Assembly: GCA_951406725.2 (NCBI GenBank)
Contig: OX597827.1
Coordinates: forward strand, 59,334,001-59,398,000
From: Octopus vulgaris
Taxonomy: Eukaryota
Length of the DNA: 64,000 nucleotides
Direction: 5' to 3'
Part shown: positions 43,188 through 57,027 of the stretch, piece by piece
Position numbering within the stretch: the stretch's first letter is position 1
How the letters are laid out: each line of letters opens with the position of its first letter
Made by a program: the position numbers and the translations under genes
The notes under the pieces: model-generated
Databases searched by the model: none
The model's input: only the letters and a program-made list of their open reading frames with translations
What the model was told of the DNA's origin: nothing

Positions 43188-46046
43188 CTGGCAGGAGTAA
43201 ATAAAAAAGGGGAAAAAATATGCAGGTGCATGGGTGATTGTATATTGTGAGGAAGGTTGTAAACAGTATTGCGTGCACAGGTAGGTGGTGGTAATGGTGG
43301 TGGTGGTGGTGGTTTTGGTGTTGGCGGCAGGGTGAGGTACAGGAAATAGTCAGGGAAAAAGACCCCTACAAGTCTCCTTTCTGTCTCCTCCTATTCTGAA
43401 TTGACTGGGTAAATTTAGAAATATTATATTCTTGAATACAAAGACAGAAACAGACTCCATTACTTGATCATGAGCTGAATGTAAGTTTATCAAAGTACCA
43501 TGAGAAATGTGCACTTCTGATGACACTTTCTCTTGGCTAAGCTTCACAGTATACTGAATCTGCTGGTATATCTTATAGATTTATCTACTAGTGATACAGG
43601 AAAAATTATGATAAACACAATTTTATATTATTAGTTCCCACTTATAATGGTTAGTTAGTAAAATTAGTAGCATTCTGGACAAAATGCTTAGCAATATTTC
43701 GTCCGTCTTTATGTCTTGAGTTCAAATTCCACAGACGTCGACCTTGCCTTTCATCCTTTTAGGGTCGTTAAAATAATTACCAGTTGAATACAGAGGTTGA
43801 TGTAATTGACTAACCCCTACCGTAAAATTTCAGGCCTTGTGCCTATAGTAGAAAGGATTATTAGTTCCTATGTACTGTTCACCATTATGGGTATTTGGAA
43901 CCCTGCATTGGCTGTTCCAAGTGCATTTGGATGCTTAACCAGAACACAATCATCAGGGAACACTTTATTGCATTAAATTACAGAGAGAAGCATTCAAATA
44001 CTTTGAGCATCTGATGCAAGGTTCCAAGTAACCACAATGGTGAAACATACGTAGGAACTAATAATATAAACTTGTGTTTATTGTAATTTTTCGTACATTT
44101 GCTCTGCATTCAACACTAGTAATACCACTAAGTATAATAATAACTGAACCACTATATTGGAAACATACTCAATGACAATAACCTACGCAGAGGTCTAAAC
44201 TTAACTAGACCAATCATACCTCTCTTTGTACACACAAAATACGCTCTAATGATGCTGCTTGATTATCATAAATTTAGTCTTGTTTTGTTATATGTTGGTA
44301 CCACTTTATGGAATGGCCCACAAGTGTAAGTAAGCAGTGGCAGTATTTACCATAGCTGCAAATTGCCTAGTGAGTGATACTGAGTAACAAGAGTGTGTGC
44401 AAGAGCCCATTGGATGCATAGTATCAGTAATTCAGTTATTCAACAGGCCAGCTTCCACTCACACTTTCTTACACTGATTTTGCCTGCACAAAAACACTGC
44501 AAGGTCCATTTTTTTCCCCAATACTGAAAGTGAAACTAATCTGTTGAACAGAAAACAAGAGAATGAGAAAAGATAACTATTAAATGCAATGAAGTCTGGG
44601 GGTCTCTGTGACACTCTACAACATGTTTTCCTCTTTCCTGGCTTTGATCTGGGTCAGTTACCAAGGGACTCTACACAGGCATGAAAATAAAACAGCAGCA
44701 GCAGCAGTACCATGACAACAACAATAACAACAACAACAACAGCAACAACAACTGTAACAAAACCAAGCGAACAATAACATCAATAACAGCAATTTGAAAA
44801 TAAACGCTTAACAACAGCAGCACAATAACCACAATAACATAACAGCAACAACAACAACAACAACAACAACAACAGCAACAACAACTGCAATGTCAACAAC
44901 CACAACAACAGCAGCAGTAGTAGTAATGAGTGGTATAAAATCAACTGTCATCACTGCTTGACATATATAACACACACACACAGAGGGTGGGCATCCACAC
45001 AGTTTCCATTCATTCACAAGGCATTAGTCAGCCTGGGGCTATAGTAGAAGACACTTATCCAAGGTACCATGCAGTGGGACTGAACTAGAAACTATGTGGT
45101 TGCAAAGAAGAAAGAGCATTCCGTCAGTTGCGACGATGAGGGTCCCAGCTGATACAATCAACGGAACAGCTTGCTCATGATATTAACGTGCAAGTGGCTG
45201 AGCACTCCACAGACACGTGTACCCTTAACGTAGTTCTTGGGGAGATTCAGCATGATACTGCGTGACAAGGCTGGCCCTTTGAAATACAGGTACTACTCAT
45301 TTTTGCCCGCTGAATGGACTGGAGCAACATGAAATAAAGTGTCTTGCTCAAGGACTCAACAAACCGCCGGGAATTGAACTCACAGCATTATGATCATGAG
45401 CTGAATGCCCCTAACCACTAAGCCATGCAAAGCAAGCTTCTTAACCACTCATCTGTGCCTTTTGAATCACCATATACACCATCATACACTTCCTCCTTGC
45501 CACCAACACTGCCAGATGAGATAAGGACATGTAGCCTCGTTATAATGTTTGACTCATGATCATAATGTTGTGGGTTCAATTCCTGGACTGGGTGATGCAT
45601 TGAGTTCTTGAGCAAGGCACTTAATTTTATAGAGCTCAAGTTTCTTTTTTTTATTATCTTTTAGTCAGGTGGAAAAGCAGTTCTGATGACATTGTACAGG
45701 GCCTTCAAGCTAGATGGGAGGGAAGATGGTATCCTCATACTGGAGAACCTGATCCAAATTTTTGGATCAGGTTCTCCAGTGGGAGCCACTAAAAGCAACT
45801 AAAGTCCCAGATGGTGATGATAAACCTGATAATAAGATAAGTCTACCACAGGAACAGGCCAAAACAGGATTCGAACTTAGAACCAATACCATAAAGCTTC
45901 CAGTTCAATTTTCTTAGAGTTCCGCCAACCCATCACCCTGAATTGGGACTTCAGTACTGATTTTTTTTTATCAAGTTCAAAAGGACAAACAGCAGAGTTA
46001 CTTCTCAGCTGCAATGAGAACTAGCTGGTACCAGTGCTGATGTTGT

Positions 46047-46080
<34 letters not shown>

Positions 46081-47314
46081 TTACTGTCACATTCTGGATG
46101 TTCTACCTAGTCAAAGTGGAATGGGAGAGTGTCTATGTCTGCCAAGAGAATGGCTATGTCTTATTTCTTTATTGCCCATGAGGGGCTAAACATAGAGAGG
46201 ACAAACAGGGACAGACAAGGGGATTAATTCGATTACATCGATCCCAGTGCGTAACTGGTACTTAATTTATCGACCCTGAAAGGATGAAAGGCAAAGTCGA
46301 CCTCAGCAGAATTTGAACTCAGACCGTAATGGCAGACGAAATACCGATAAGCATTTGACCCGGCGAGCTAATGTTTCTGCCAGCTCGCTGTTTTCATATG
46401 GTGAATGTCTATGTCTGCCCTGAGAGTATCTATGGGGTGGTAACAACAACAACACAACAACAGCAGCAACAACATCAACAACTACACTGAGAGTAATAAT
46501 GATAGCAACTACAATGATGACAACACTGACAACAGCAACAGAAACAACAACAACAACCACAGCAACAATGAGAACAGTAATAATATCGAGAACGACAATC
46601 ACAACAATAATAACTACAACAACAACAACAACCACAGCAACAATCACAACAGCAATAATCATACCAACAAAAAGAAATAATTTCTTAAACAGGCCCAGCA
46701 GAGCTATAGACCCATAAATGGAAGAGAAAGAGTGAGAGAGAGGGAGAAAGAGAATGATAAAAGGAGAGAAGATGAGGGGTTAAGGCATGAATGTCACATT
46801 GTGCCTACTATACTGGTTTCAAATTTTGGCACAAGGCCAGCAATATTTGGGGAGAGGTAAGTTGATTATATCAACCCCGGTGTTCAACTGGGTCTTATTT
46901 AATCAACCCTGAAAGAATAAAAAGCAAAGTCGGACACGGTGGAATTTGAACTCACAACATCAAGCTGGACAAAATGCTAGTAAGCATTTTAACCAGGTAT
47001 GCTAATGATTTTACCAGCAACCAAGAGTTAAACCTGTTAAGGGCTCATAACCAGTAAGGATAGGTATATTCTGTTTATTTCAGGTTCATTTCGATTAATG
47101 AAATTTTTTGGGTTTTTTTTGCATTATATTTAGTACATCATTATTTCATTAAATTATCCAAATTTATGCCATTGGCTAATTTGAGTTACTTCCCTTCCAT
47201 TGATTTTAACTATTTTTTAATAAACTACCTTAGACACACTTCTACCCAATTCACCTACTACTATTACTCCTACTCCTACTACTACTACTACTACTACTGC
47301 TGCTGCTCCTGCTG

Positions 47315-47395
<81 letters not shown>

Positions 47396-48245
47396 TTCAT
47401 AGTAATAATTTCTGATATTGATACAAAATTTTAATAATCCTCAATCCAGAAATTTCAAGGAAAGGTTTAGTAAATATTAATGACCTTAGTACTTGACCGG
47501 TGCCTTCATGGATAAAAGGCATAATTGACCTTGGCATGATTTGAATTCAGAATGGTGTCTCTTAAGACACCAAACCAAGAAGTAAGGGCTATAATGGTTG
47601 TGCAGTCTTAGCTCCAAGGTTGTGAGCTGGGGGCTGACTGAATTGTTAATGCATTGGGATGAAATCTTTAGTAGCATTTCTTCTGCTTTTTACACTCTGA
47701 GTTCAAATTCTGCTGAGTACATCTTTGTCTTTCATCATTTCAATAAAATAGAGCAGTGTCAAATAAGTAAGATCGATGTAATCAACTTGTCCCCTCCCTT
47801 CAAAATTGTTGGCCTTGAATCCTGTAATGGACTGGAGTCCTGTTTAGAGGCACTGTTGTGATCTGGGTAACCTGCCTTATGAGTCTGAGGGCTCTAGAAA
47901 AAAAACTTTGCTTCAGCCCTAATTGATCTCAAAATATTCAATATCAGTCATGGGCCCTTGGGTCTGATCTTGAACTGGGACTCATAACCAAAGAACTTCC
48001 AATTTCCAATGATTCTAACCACCCAGCTCTTACCTATAATACATTTTTAATTAAAAATGAATAGCCTTAGTTAATGAAAACAGTAATTAATCAAGCATTA
48101 TTTTATATGTATATTAATCATTAAAAATATATTAGATTTATGAGCTGTTCTTTGATATATACTTAAGATCACTGAAACTTTGTCACATTTCAATGTTCAC
48201 CTCCACAACAATTACCACCTCCTTTGTAATTTGATGATGATGATG

Positions 48246-48288
<43 letters not shown>

Positions 48289-48492
48289 TGATAATAATAA
48301 TAATGATTATAATAATAAAAACAACAACAATAATAAAAGTAATAATGGTAATAAGAGAGAGAGAGAGAGAAAATAAGAAATAACTCACATAGTGAATATA
48401 TATACATATATGTATATATATGTTATATATATATATATATGTGCATATGTGTGTATGTGTATACATATATATATATGTATATATACATATAT

Positions 48493-48544
<52 letters not shown>

Positions 48545-49401
48545 AATATATATATAGTTGTTTAAGAATCTATAATCATGAAATATAGACACTTGTAAAT
48601 TTGTCAATAGAGGGTTGATGTTAATGATAGTATTCAGTATTATAGATGCGTTACAGACAATCTGACCAATTGGTTTTGCAACAGATATTAGATAACTAAA
48701 TGGTTATCTATACATGTGCTCTTCAGAGATGACAGTTATAGAGAAAACATGGTGCTTGCTCTCTGTTATTGGAGTGTCACATTTGGCTAGTGTGTGCTGT
48801 GGGGAAAGCAAAATAAAGTGTGGGATTTATGAAGAGTTATGTACCTTTGCTTCAAAAAAGCTGAGTGAAATGTGCAGCAAGACTATAGTGGGCAAATGTG
48901 TGTGTAAGAGGGCTGATGTGTTTGTACAAGTTTTTTCAAGAGGGAATAATGCAGGAGGGGGGAATTATGTAGGTTAACCCACATTATTGGATGTATATGC
49001 TTATGTGTACCTATGGAGTATAGTTTAGACAAAACTTTTCAGGGTTCTCAGGATGTCATGGTGAAAAGACTGATGGTGGAATCCAAGCATTTATAATCAT
49101 GATGAGCCCCATAGGTAAGCCAACATGTATCTTCTCTAATGAGGACATAGGCTGAAAATCTCATTTCTGCAGTTTTGGTGGAAGTCTGGGAGAAGAAAAT
49201 TTTTTAACATAGTTCGTTTCTCATCATGACATACCCTGCACTTTCTGCTACTATTAAAATAAAGCTTGCACTTTTTTTCAAGATTTTCCACCTGATTTTC
49301 TAATCTGTGACATTCATTGACATTAAATGCTGAGCCAGGGCTGTGACATAGCAGCTGTCATTGATCTATAATACTGTATATTTTGAAACATACACACACA
49401 C

Positions 49402-49458
<57 letters not shown>

Positions 49459-49678
49459 TATACATGCATATTTTACGCAGACACATATATACATCCAAAT
49501 ATTAATATATATATATATCTGTATGTGTGTATAAATACATGTGTATGTATATATGCATGTTTGTATGTATGTATGTACCTGATATATATATATATATACT
49601 ATACACGCACATCGTGTTAGAAACCTATGCATAACTTGAAGGTTTTTTATGCATCTATATAACAAATGACAACAGCAG

Positions 49679-49739
<61 letters not shown>

Positions 49740-49870
49740 GTATATGTATGTATATATGCATCAATATGCATACATATATATACAAATATATGAATATGCA
49801 TATATGTGTAAATACCTATTATACTATATATATGCATGTATATATACATATACATACACACACATATATT

Positions 49871-49907
<37 letters not shown>

Positions 49908-49978
49908 TGTGTGGATGTGTGCAAATGCATTTGTGCTTATGTGTATGTATACAGATGTAGCCCTAATCGGTAACTTAC

Positions 49979-50111
49979 AGGTCTGTTGTATCCATTGGGA
50001 TGTCTCTAGGGAAATGCTTCAGCCCTTGTTTGATGCAGCGTACAACTGTCCCAGAACATACACACCTTGGTGGGCAATAAGCCCTTGGGTCACAACTGTT
50101 CTCCATTTTCT
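49979..50111 (-). CDS. slit: Slit exon: LRRNT of D4
   Basis: ttccag|...|gtaagt; 133 nt; KMENSCDPRAYCPPRCVCSGTVVRCIKQGLKHFPRDIPMDTTDL. Confidence 0.94.
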
Positions 50112-50140
50112 CTGGAAAAAAAAAGCATCAATGAAAAAAA

Positions 50141-50186
<46 letters not shown>

Positions 50187-50269
50187 GGTATTTTTTTTGC
50201 GGGAGCAACTGTTTTATCGAAGGCACATCTTATTGTGAAATGCTTGAAATATGAATTAAAAAAACAGCC

Positions 50270-50500
50270 AACAACTGATGAAGGATCGTTGTTTGTGCTA
50301 TTTGTCTTGTTGTGGAGACAGCCAAAAGAAGCATTTGATCAAGAATGCCTTCTTCCAACTTTTAAACATGGACGAGGATCTGCGATGATCTGGGTGGGGT
50401 GGGGGCTGTATTTTAGAAATCCGCTGGTCCAATGGTTCCCCTTCATGGCAGAATTAATAGTCAAGGCTATTTAAGTATTTTATCTGATCAAATTCATTCT
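50270..50500 (+). mobile_element. Tc1 transposase fragment
   Basis: QECLLPTFKHGRGSAMIWVGW resembles the PTVKHGGGSVMVWGC motif; decayed. Confidence 0.75.
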
Positions 50501-50773
50501 TAGCATTAGTGGATGTACAACAGAAGGATGTTTATCCTTTTTTACCAGTATGAAGGTCAAGCAATTAATGTGAGTATTTCTGTCTGTATTCGATGGAGAG
50601 GAGGGGAAGGTGATGGATCACTAGTCAGCATCATTAGTTTCATAAAAAAAAATGATTGCAATAAAAACTTACCCATAGCAGCAGATGGACAACAGGTTGG
50701 TTTTGCAACATTGCATCCCATCTCAACATTTAGATTTGCTGCAAAGACAATAAACAATAAGTATAGATGAGAA

Positions 50774-50805
<32 letters not shown>

Positions 50806-50808
<3 letters not shown>

Positions 50809-51412
50809 AGGGATGACCACTGAGAGGACATCCATATGCCAGAAGTCAACCCCCTATAGCCTTTAATAAGAAAGGAATGTTCACAAGAAAATTTAGCAAA
50901 CGCCAGAACATAAGCAAGCAAGACAAATGCAAATATACAAAATATACAGATTAATCACAAACCAGTTTCGTTGTTACCACTTATGTAATCACCTAGATGT
51001 CCGCAACTCCTCAGTGTGATCGTCATAGCAAAATATAATTTGCAGAACTATACAGGAGATGACCGTATGGGATTGAATATGTATATAGTTCTACCAATTA
51101 CATTTGGGGTTATATTTCAAAAGTCTTCGTTTTGGCACGCCAAAAATACCGGAAATAATTCTGCAGAAAATAATTCTCTGCAGTAAATTTTGCTGGTTAG
51201 AGAACATAGTTATTTAAATTCCTTTCTTAGTGGTAAGGCCATGGGGGGTTGACTTCTAGCATATGGATGTCCACTTAGTGGTCATCCCTCTTATATGTAT
51301 GTAATATAATTTTTCTGAATCTTCAGATTTTTCTATATGCTAGACCACTGGTTTTAAATTGATATTAATCAAATTAATATTCAATTTTTCACCCTTATTA
51401 TTTAAATTTATA
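50806..51412. mobile_element. Inverted-repeat element with HHR and one-sided tail; related to 14046-14428
   Basis: TAAGAGGGATGACCAC...GTCAACCCC inverted with GGGGTTGAC...GTGGTCATCCCTCTTA; tail CAGATTTTT...CTGGTTTTAAATTGATATTAAT shared with 14340-14428. Confidence 0.75.
50954..51020 (-). ncRNA. Minimal hammerhead ribozyme (core CUGAGGA)
   Basis: Stem I ATCACA/TGTGAT; CTGAGGA; stem II GTTG/CAAC; GAAA-CTGGTT (triplet GUU). Confidence 0.7.
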
Positions 51413-52483
51413 TATAAATAAAGGAGAAATGCATGTTTGAAGAAGAAAAAGGGTAAAATGATCCATGGTGGCAGTGTTAGATGTATTTACAAATAAGCAG
51501 GAGTAATAAGCTGAAGAAACTGGCAGAGTACCTTGGGCCAAACCATGAGCAAGGTGTTTGGATGCTGTGTGGTAAGTAGCTTGCTTACAAACCACATGGT
51601 TCCAGGTTCAGTCCCACTGCGTGGTACCTTGGGTAAGTGTCTTCTACTATAGCCTCGGGCTGACCAAAGCCTTGTGAATGGATTTGATAGATGGAAACTG
51701 AAAGAAGCCCGTTGTATATATATATATATAAATTTATATATATTTATATCTGTATGTCTGTGTGTATATGTTTGTGTGTCTGCGTTTGTCCCCCACCAAC
51801 ATCGCTTGACAACCGATGCTGGTGAGTTTACATCCCCGTAAATTAGCGGTTTGGCATAAGAGACCAATAGAATAATTACTAGGCTTACAAAGAATAAGTC
51901 CTGGGGTCGATTTGCTCGACTAAAGGCAGCGCTCCAGCATGACCACAATCAAATGACTGAAACAAGTAAAAGAGTAAAAGTGTCTCAGCTGGTCGTGCTT
52001 GGGAATCCAGCTGGAAAATGTAATGATGCTTGCTTCTGATTGGAGAGCGTGTATGTTTGTTAGTTACCAAAAGAATCCTTTGTTTTTCATTTCCACATTC
52101 AGAGTATATGTAGAAATGCAGTAAACAACAACAAGAACACAATGATAAAGACATTAAACAACAGCAACAACAACATTACATTTGTTTTGACTTTACTGCT
52201 TCTATTTCTGGTGTCAGGCTCACAATCATGAGAAAGTGAGTTCAATTCCTGGACCGGACTGTATGTTGTGTTCTTGAGCAAGACACTTTATTTCATGTTG
52301 CTCCAGTTCACTCAGCATGTAAGACAGATGTTAAATGATGATGATGACGACGACGACAATGACACCGCCGCCGCCACTGACGACGATGATGATGATGATT
52401 GTCGATGATATATCAACTAAAATGGATGAGGATTGGGAATCAGTTATTATAAACAAACCAATTAGGTTTTTATGGTCCCTTAC

Positions 52484-52647
52484 CTTCACAGACGAAGTCT
52501 GATGCCTTATGGCTGATGATGGGCGAATCTTTAAGATTGTGAGGTGTCAGGCATGTTAAGTGTCCAGTTACGAAGTTCTTGCTTTTTAGCCACAATGGCA
52601 GCCATGCCAAGTGACAGTTGCAGTTGAATGGATTGGACATTAAATTC
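52484..52647 (-). CDS. slit: Slit exon: LRRCT of D3
   Basis: ttctag|...|gtaagg; 164 nt; NLMSNPFNCNCHLAWLPLWLKSKNFVTGHLTCLTPHNLKDSPIISHKASDFVCE. Confidence 0.94.
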
Positions 52648-53307
52648 CTAGAAAATGGTCAAAGTAAAAAAAATGAGAAAAGCATGAAATATATGGGAAT
52701 CAAAAAATATAAATGCATCTGGAAAATCAGAGTCCTGAATAAAATGGAAATAAAAAGGTATGCTCAACTCATGCCAGCATGGACAACTGACATTAAAAGA
52801 TGATGATGATGATGATGATAACGATGATGATGATGATGATGATAACGATGATGATGATGATGATAACGATGATGATGATGATTAAATGTATGTGCTGTAC
52901 ATAGTTCAGTTCTTCTGTCAAACTGACTGAGAGAGAGAGAGAGAAGAAAGAGTAGGAGAGAAATACGTGAGAGGGAGGGTAAGGAAGAGAGAGAGAGAGA
53001 GACAAAAGAAAGAATGGGAGAGGAAAACATGAGAAGGAGAGTGAGAGAGAGAGAGAGAAAAGAAAGAGTGGGAGAGAAAAACGTGAGAAGGAGAGTAAGG
53101 AAGAAAGAGAGAGAGAGAGAGAGAGAGAGAAGAAAGAGTGGGAGAGAATAACGTGAGAAGGAGAGTAAAGAAGAGAAAGAGAAGGAGAGAAAATTTTGGT
53201 TAGTGTGAAAAGGAGGTATAACTCTATTGAAATTACATGAAAGTAAATGTTGTGATGGGCGTCCATTTTATGGAATTTTACCAATGAATTGAATAATCAA
53301 TACTTAC

Positions 53308-53379
53308 AATGTTGACATGTAGTGTAACTTGTTGAAGGATCCTTCCATTATACAGCGGATCTCATTGTCAAAGAGGGAT
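53308..53379 (-). CDS. slit: Slit exon: D3 LRR5
   Basis: cattag|...|gtaagt; 72 nt; SLFDNEIRCIMEGSFNKLHYMSTL. Confidence 0.93.
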
Positions 53380-53469
53380 CTAATGAAAAGAAGAATAAAA
53401 GAACATTTTAAAGAAAGAGAATACAGGCAATAGATAATTTCTACTGAACGCACACACGCAAACACACAC

Positions 53470-53516
<47 letters not shown>

Positions 53517-53554
53517 ATATATTAAAAAATCATGAAATTGAAACCAAAACTTAC

Positions 53555-53626
53555 AAGAACCGAAGGTTTGTGAGTGAGTTGAAGGTATCATTGCTGACAC
53601 AGCCAATTCTGTTGAATGGTAAATTC
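53555..53626 (-). CDS. slit: Slit exon: D3 LRR4
   Basis: cattag|...|gtaagt; 72 nt; NLPFNRIGCVSNDTFNSLTNLRFL. Confidence 0.92.
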
Positions 53627-54592
53627 CTAATGAAAAGAAAAAAACAAGAGAGAATGAGAGATACAAAAAATAGTGGCAGATGGAAAAATAAACAATTATT
53701 ATAATAATTTATTATAATTAATTATAATGAAATGCTGATTTAATAATTAGTAATTGGATTTAGTTTTTTTCATATTTTTAAAAACCTGATTTAAATGTAT
53801 TAAAAAAAAAAGAAATTGTTTAAAAGTATAAAATAAAAATGAAAAAAAAATGAAAATGAATAAAATAAACCTAACAAATATGAAAAGAAAAGGTGCTACA
53901 ACAGCAATAATAATGGTTTCAGATTTTGGCATAAGGCCAGCAATTTTAAGGGGAGGGAAAGCTGTTTATGTCGACCCTAGTGGTGAACTGGTACATATTT
54001 TATCAACTCCGAAATGATGAAAGGCAAAGTTGACTTCAGTGGAATATGAACTCAGACCATAAGTAGCCAGAAGAAATGCCACAAAGCATTTTGTCTGATA
54101 TACCTATATGTACATATATATACCTATATATAAAAATATGTTTAATGTATATATGCATGTATGTATGTCCCTTCTATTTTTTAAATTATTATAAATCTTC
54201 CACTAACAAGGGAGTCGGTTTCCAACAAAGATACAAGGCTCCATCTTTGGGATGTAGGTAACTGATAAATTCACATATGGAACTTGAGAAAAGTCTTGCA
54301 TATTTTTACTGTTCCACTCACAAATTGCACTTGTAATGTACAAATCAGCCGGTCAATTTCTCTTTCTGAAAATCTCAGTTTATCCAGATTCTCCTTTAAG
54401 CATTTACTAACATGTATGTATGTATGAATGTATATAAGAAATGGAAGCAAAACAGTAAATTGAACAAATATAAATTTAATTCAATTTAAATATTTTATAC
54501 AAACAAATGACACATCACAATATAAATCAGTAAATTCTTCAGATATTTAATATCTCTTAGGTGAATTTTACACCTAGCTAAATTGTTTTCTC

Positions 54593-54636
<44 letters not shown>

Positions 54637-54692
54637 TGTGTGTGTGTGTTTGTGTGTGTATATATGTATATATGTTTAATAATCATACTTAC

Positions 54693-54764
54693 AGTATCCT
54701 TAAATTTGTCAATCCTTTGAAGGTAGCTGCACTAACTTTGGTCAGTTTGTTGGCCGTGAGAATA
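54693..54764 (-). CDS. slit: Slit exon: D3 LRR3
   Basis: cgtag|...|gtaagt; 72 nt; ILTANKLTKVSAATFKGLTNLRIL. Confidence 0.93.
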
Positions 54765-55518
54765 CTACGAAATATAAAAGTATTACATTATATACATGCA
54801 CATAGATATATACATACAATACTACAGATTCATTTCAACTGGTCTTAGTAGTCAGTTTCGCATTGGGTTGTAGGTAACCAGATATTCGATAACAACATAA
54901 TTAGGTTACACTATGTGATCTTTAGAGATGGCAGGTATGGAAAAAAATACTTTTTCCATACTTGCCATCTCTAAAAGATGTGTAGATAACTGTGCAGTAA
55001 TATAATATCCAGGCTAAAGAATCTGATTAATGAGATTGGCTGGAATGTCCATAAAATTGCATACTCTGATTAATATATCCACTCTATTGCTGATAGGCAT
55101 TGCAGTGTGGTAAGAAGCTTGCTTGTCAAATCTATGGTTCTGGGGTCAGTCTCACTGAGTGACATCTTGAGGAAGTGTCTTCTACTATAGCCGCAAGCCG
55201 ACCAAAGTCTTGCTAGTGATTTGGTAGAAGGAAACTGAAAGAAGCATATTATATATACACATATGTGTATATATGTATATATCTCTGTGTGTGTGCGTCT
55301 TTGTGTATGCATTTGTCCCCCCCCCCCCATCAGTGCTTGACAACTGGTGTTGGTGTGTATGTATATATATATACATGCACCACGGAGTTTTGCCAGGGAA
55401 CAGATCTTGGTTTCAAAGCGACGAAAATATTTGGACACAAATTAAATTTAAATGTTGAAGTGAATCTAATGGTTTTTTGTGTGTTCTTAAATGGCTTATA
55501 AACATTTTCCACGCTGCA

Positions 55519-55645
<127 letters not shown>

Positions 55646-55825
55646 GGAGATGTACTCGCATAGCAAGTAATTTGATCTGAGATCGTGTGCTGAAACGAAA
55701 ACAATTGCAGCGTGGAAGGTGTTTATAAGCCATTTAAGAAACACACAAAAGCCGTTCGATTCACTTCAACATTTAAGTTTAATTTGTCAAAATATTTTCG
55801 TCGCTAAAATCCGCGACACTGTTCA

Positions 55826-55882
<57 letters not shown>

Positions 55883-56074
55883 TAATTTTAGAGACAGAAC
55901 CACCTTCAAATTAATCAACACTGAAAGGTTTTATACCCAACCACTCCATAAAATGTTAAAAATTAAATCTTATACTAACTATATCTATTCTGAATCCTGT
56001 ATTTTCCTTTTATAAGACTACACATGTTTCATGAAAGTACGTCGGTATTGATTAGATACGAGGTATCTAGTTTT

Positions 56075-56183
<109 letters not shown>

Positions 56184-56249
56184 CCGCGTATGTACCGTTG
56201 GCAATCATTTCCCTCCGTCTTCCCTTCTTTGGATCTTTCCTTTTCCTAT

Positions 56250-56284
56250 GTTTCTGACGAAGAGCTCCGCTCGAAACGTTAAAC
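56250..56284 (+). ncRNA. Minimal hammerhead ribozyme in a solo PLE 3'-end fragment (about 56181-56375)
   Basis: Stem I GTTT/AAAC; CTGACGA-A; stem II GAGC-TCC-GCTC; GAAA-CGTT; downstream TTTCCTGAGCG shared with the 34.5-kb PLE end. Confidence 0.72.
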
Positions 56285-56561
56285 CCTCCTTCTTTCCTGA
56301 GCGTCCAATAATACTATACTTGTTCCACGTCCTCGCGTTGTGTTTTCTCTTTGTGTTTTCATGTTTGGATTAACTATATATATATATATATATATACTGG
56401 AGTAAACACGTAAATGTGAAACAAGGTGGAAAAAAAGAGTACTCAAATACCAGGGGTAGAGTAATATGCTTTATTTAAAAGCAGCAGAAATTCAACAAAA
56501 CCTGTTACTCGGAGTCTCCCGTTCCCGTTCGTCGGACAGTTTTGTTAAAATTTTAACAAAA

Positions 56562-56599
56562 CTGTCCGACGAACGGGAACGTGAAACTCCGAGTAACAG
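56562..56599 (+). ncRNA. HHR variant (core CCGACGA) inside a 140-bp palindrome (56481-56620)
   Basis: Stem I CTGT/ACAG; CCGACGA; stem II ACG-GGAA-CGT; GAAA; stem III CT-CCG-AG; triplet GUA. Confidence 0.72.
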
Positions 56600-56894
56600 G
56601 TTTTGTTGAATTTCTGCTGCGTTAATATATATATATATATATATATACAGTTCTATATATATAAAGGAGTATGTTTCTATACATATATACATGCACATAA
56701 TAGAATGTAAATTAAAATACCACCTCGCATTTTGAGTTTCAGGCTATCGCAGTCGTCAGGCATTTAAATGCTTGTGATTGCAATGGTGTAAAACTGGAGT
56801 TGTGATAAAGGAATTTAATTGGTGGCAAAAATGCAAAAAAAAAAAAAGCAAAGCAGGTAAACGAAAGAGGAAATGGTTGGTAAAAAGTACTCAC

Positions 56895-56966
56895 AGTTCC
56901 TGGAGGTTATTGAGGTTGCTGAAAGCATTATCCTCAATGTGGGTGATTTTGTTATTCTTGAGGTCC
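56895..56966 (-). CDS. slit: Slit exon: D3 LRR2
   Basis: acag|...|gtgagt; 72 nt; DLKNNKITHIEDNAFSNLNNLQEL. Confidence 0.93.
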
Positions 56967-57027
56967 CTGTTCATAAACAGATTGGAACAATTAGAAAAGG
57001 GTGGATATGTATGTTACAAGGGAGCTG

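Noticed and set aside
56715-56766. Minus-strand CTGACGA...GAAAC motif
   Set aside because: Stems I and II do not pair convincingly; at best a degenerate HHR remnant.
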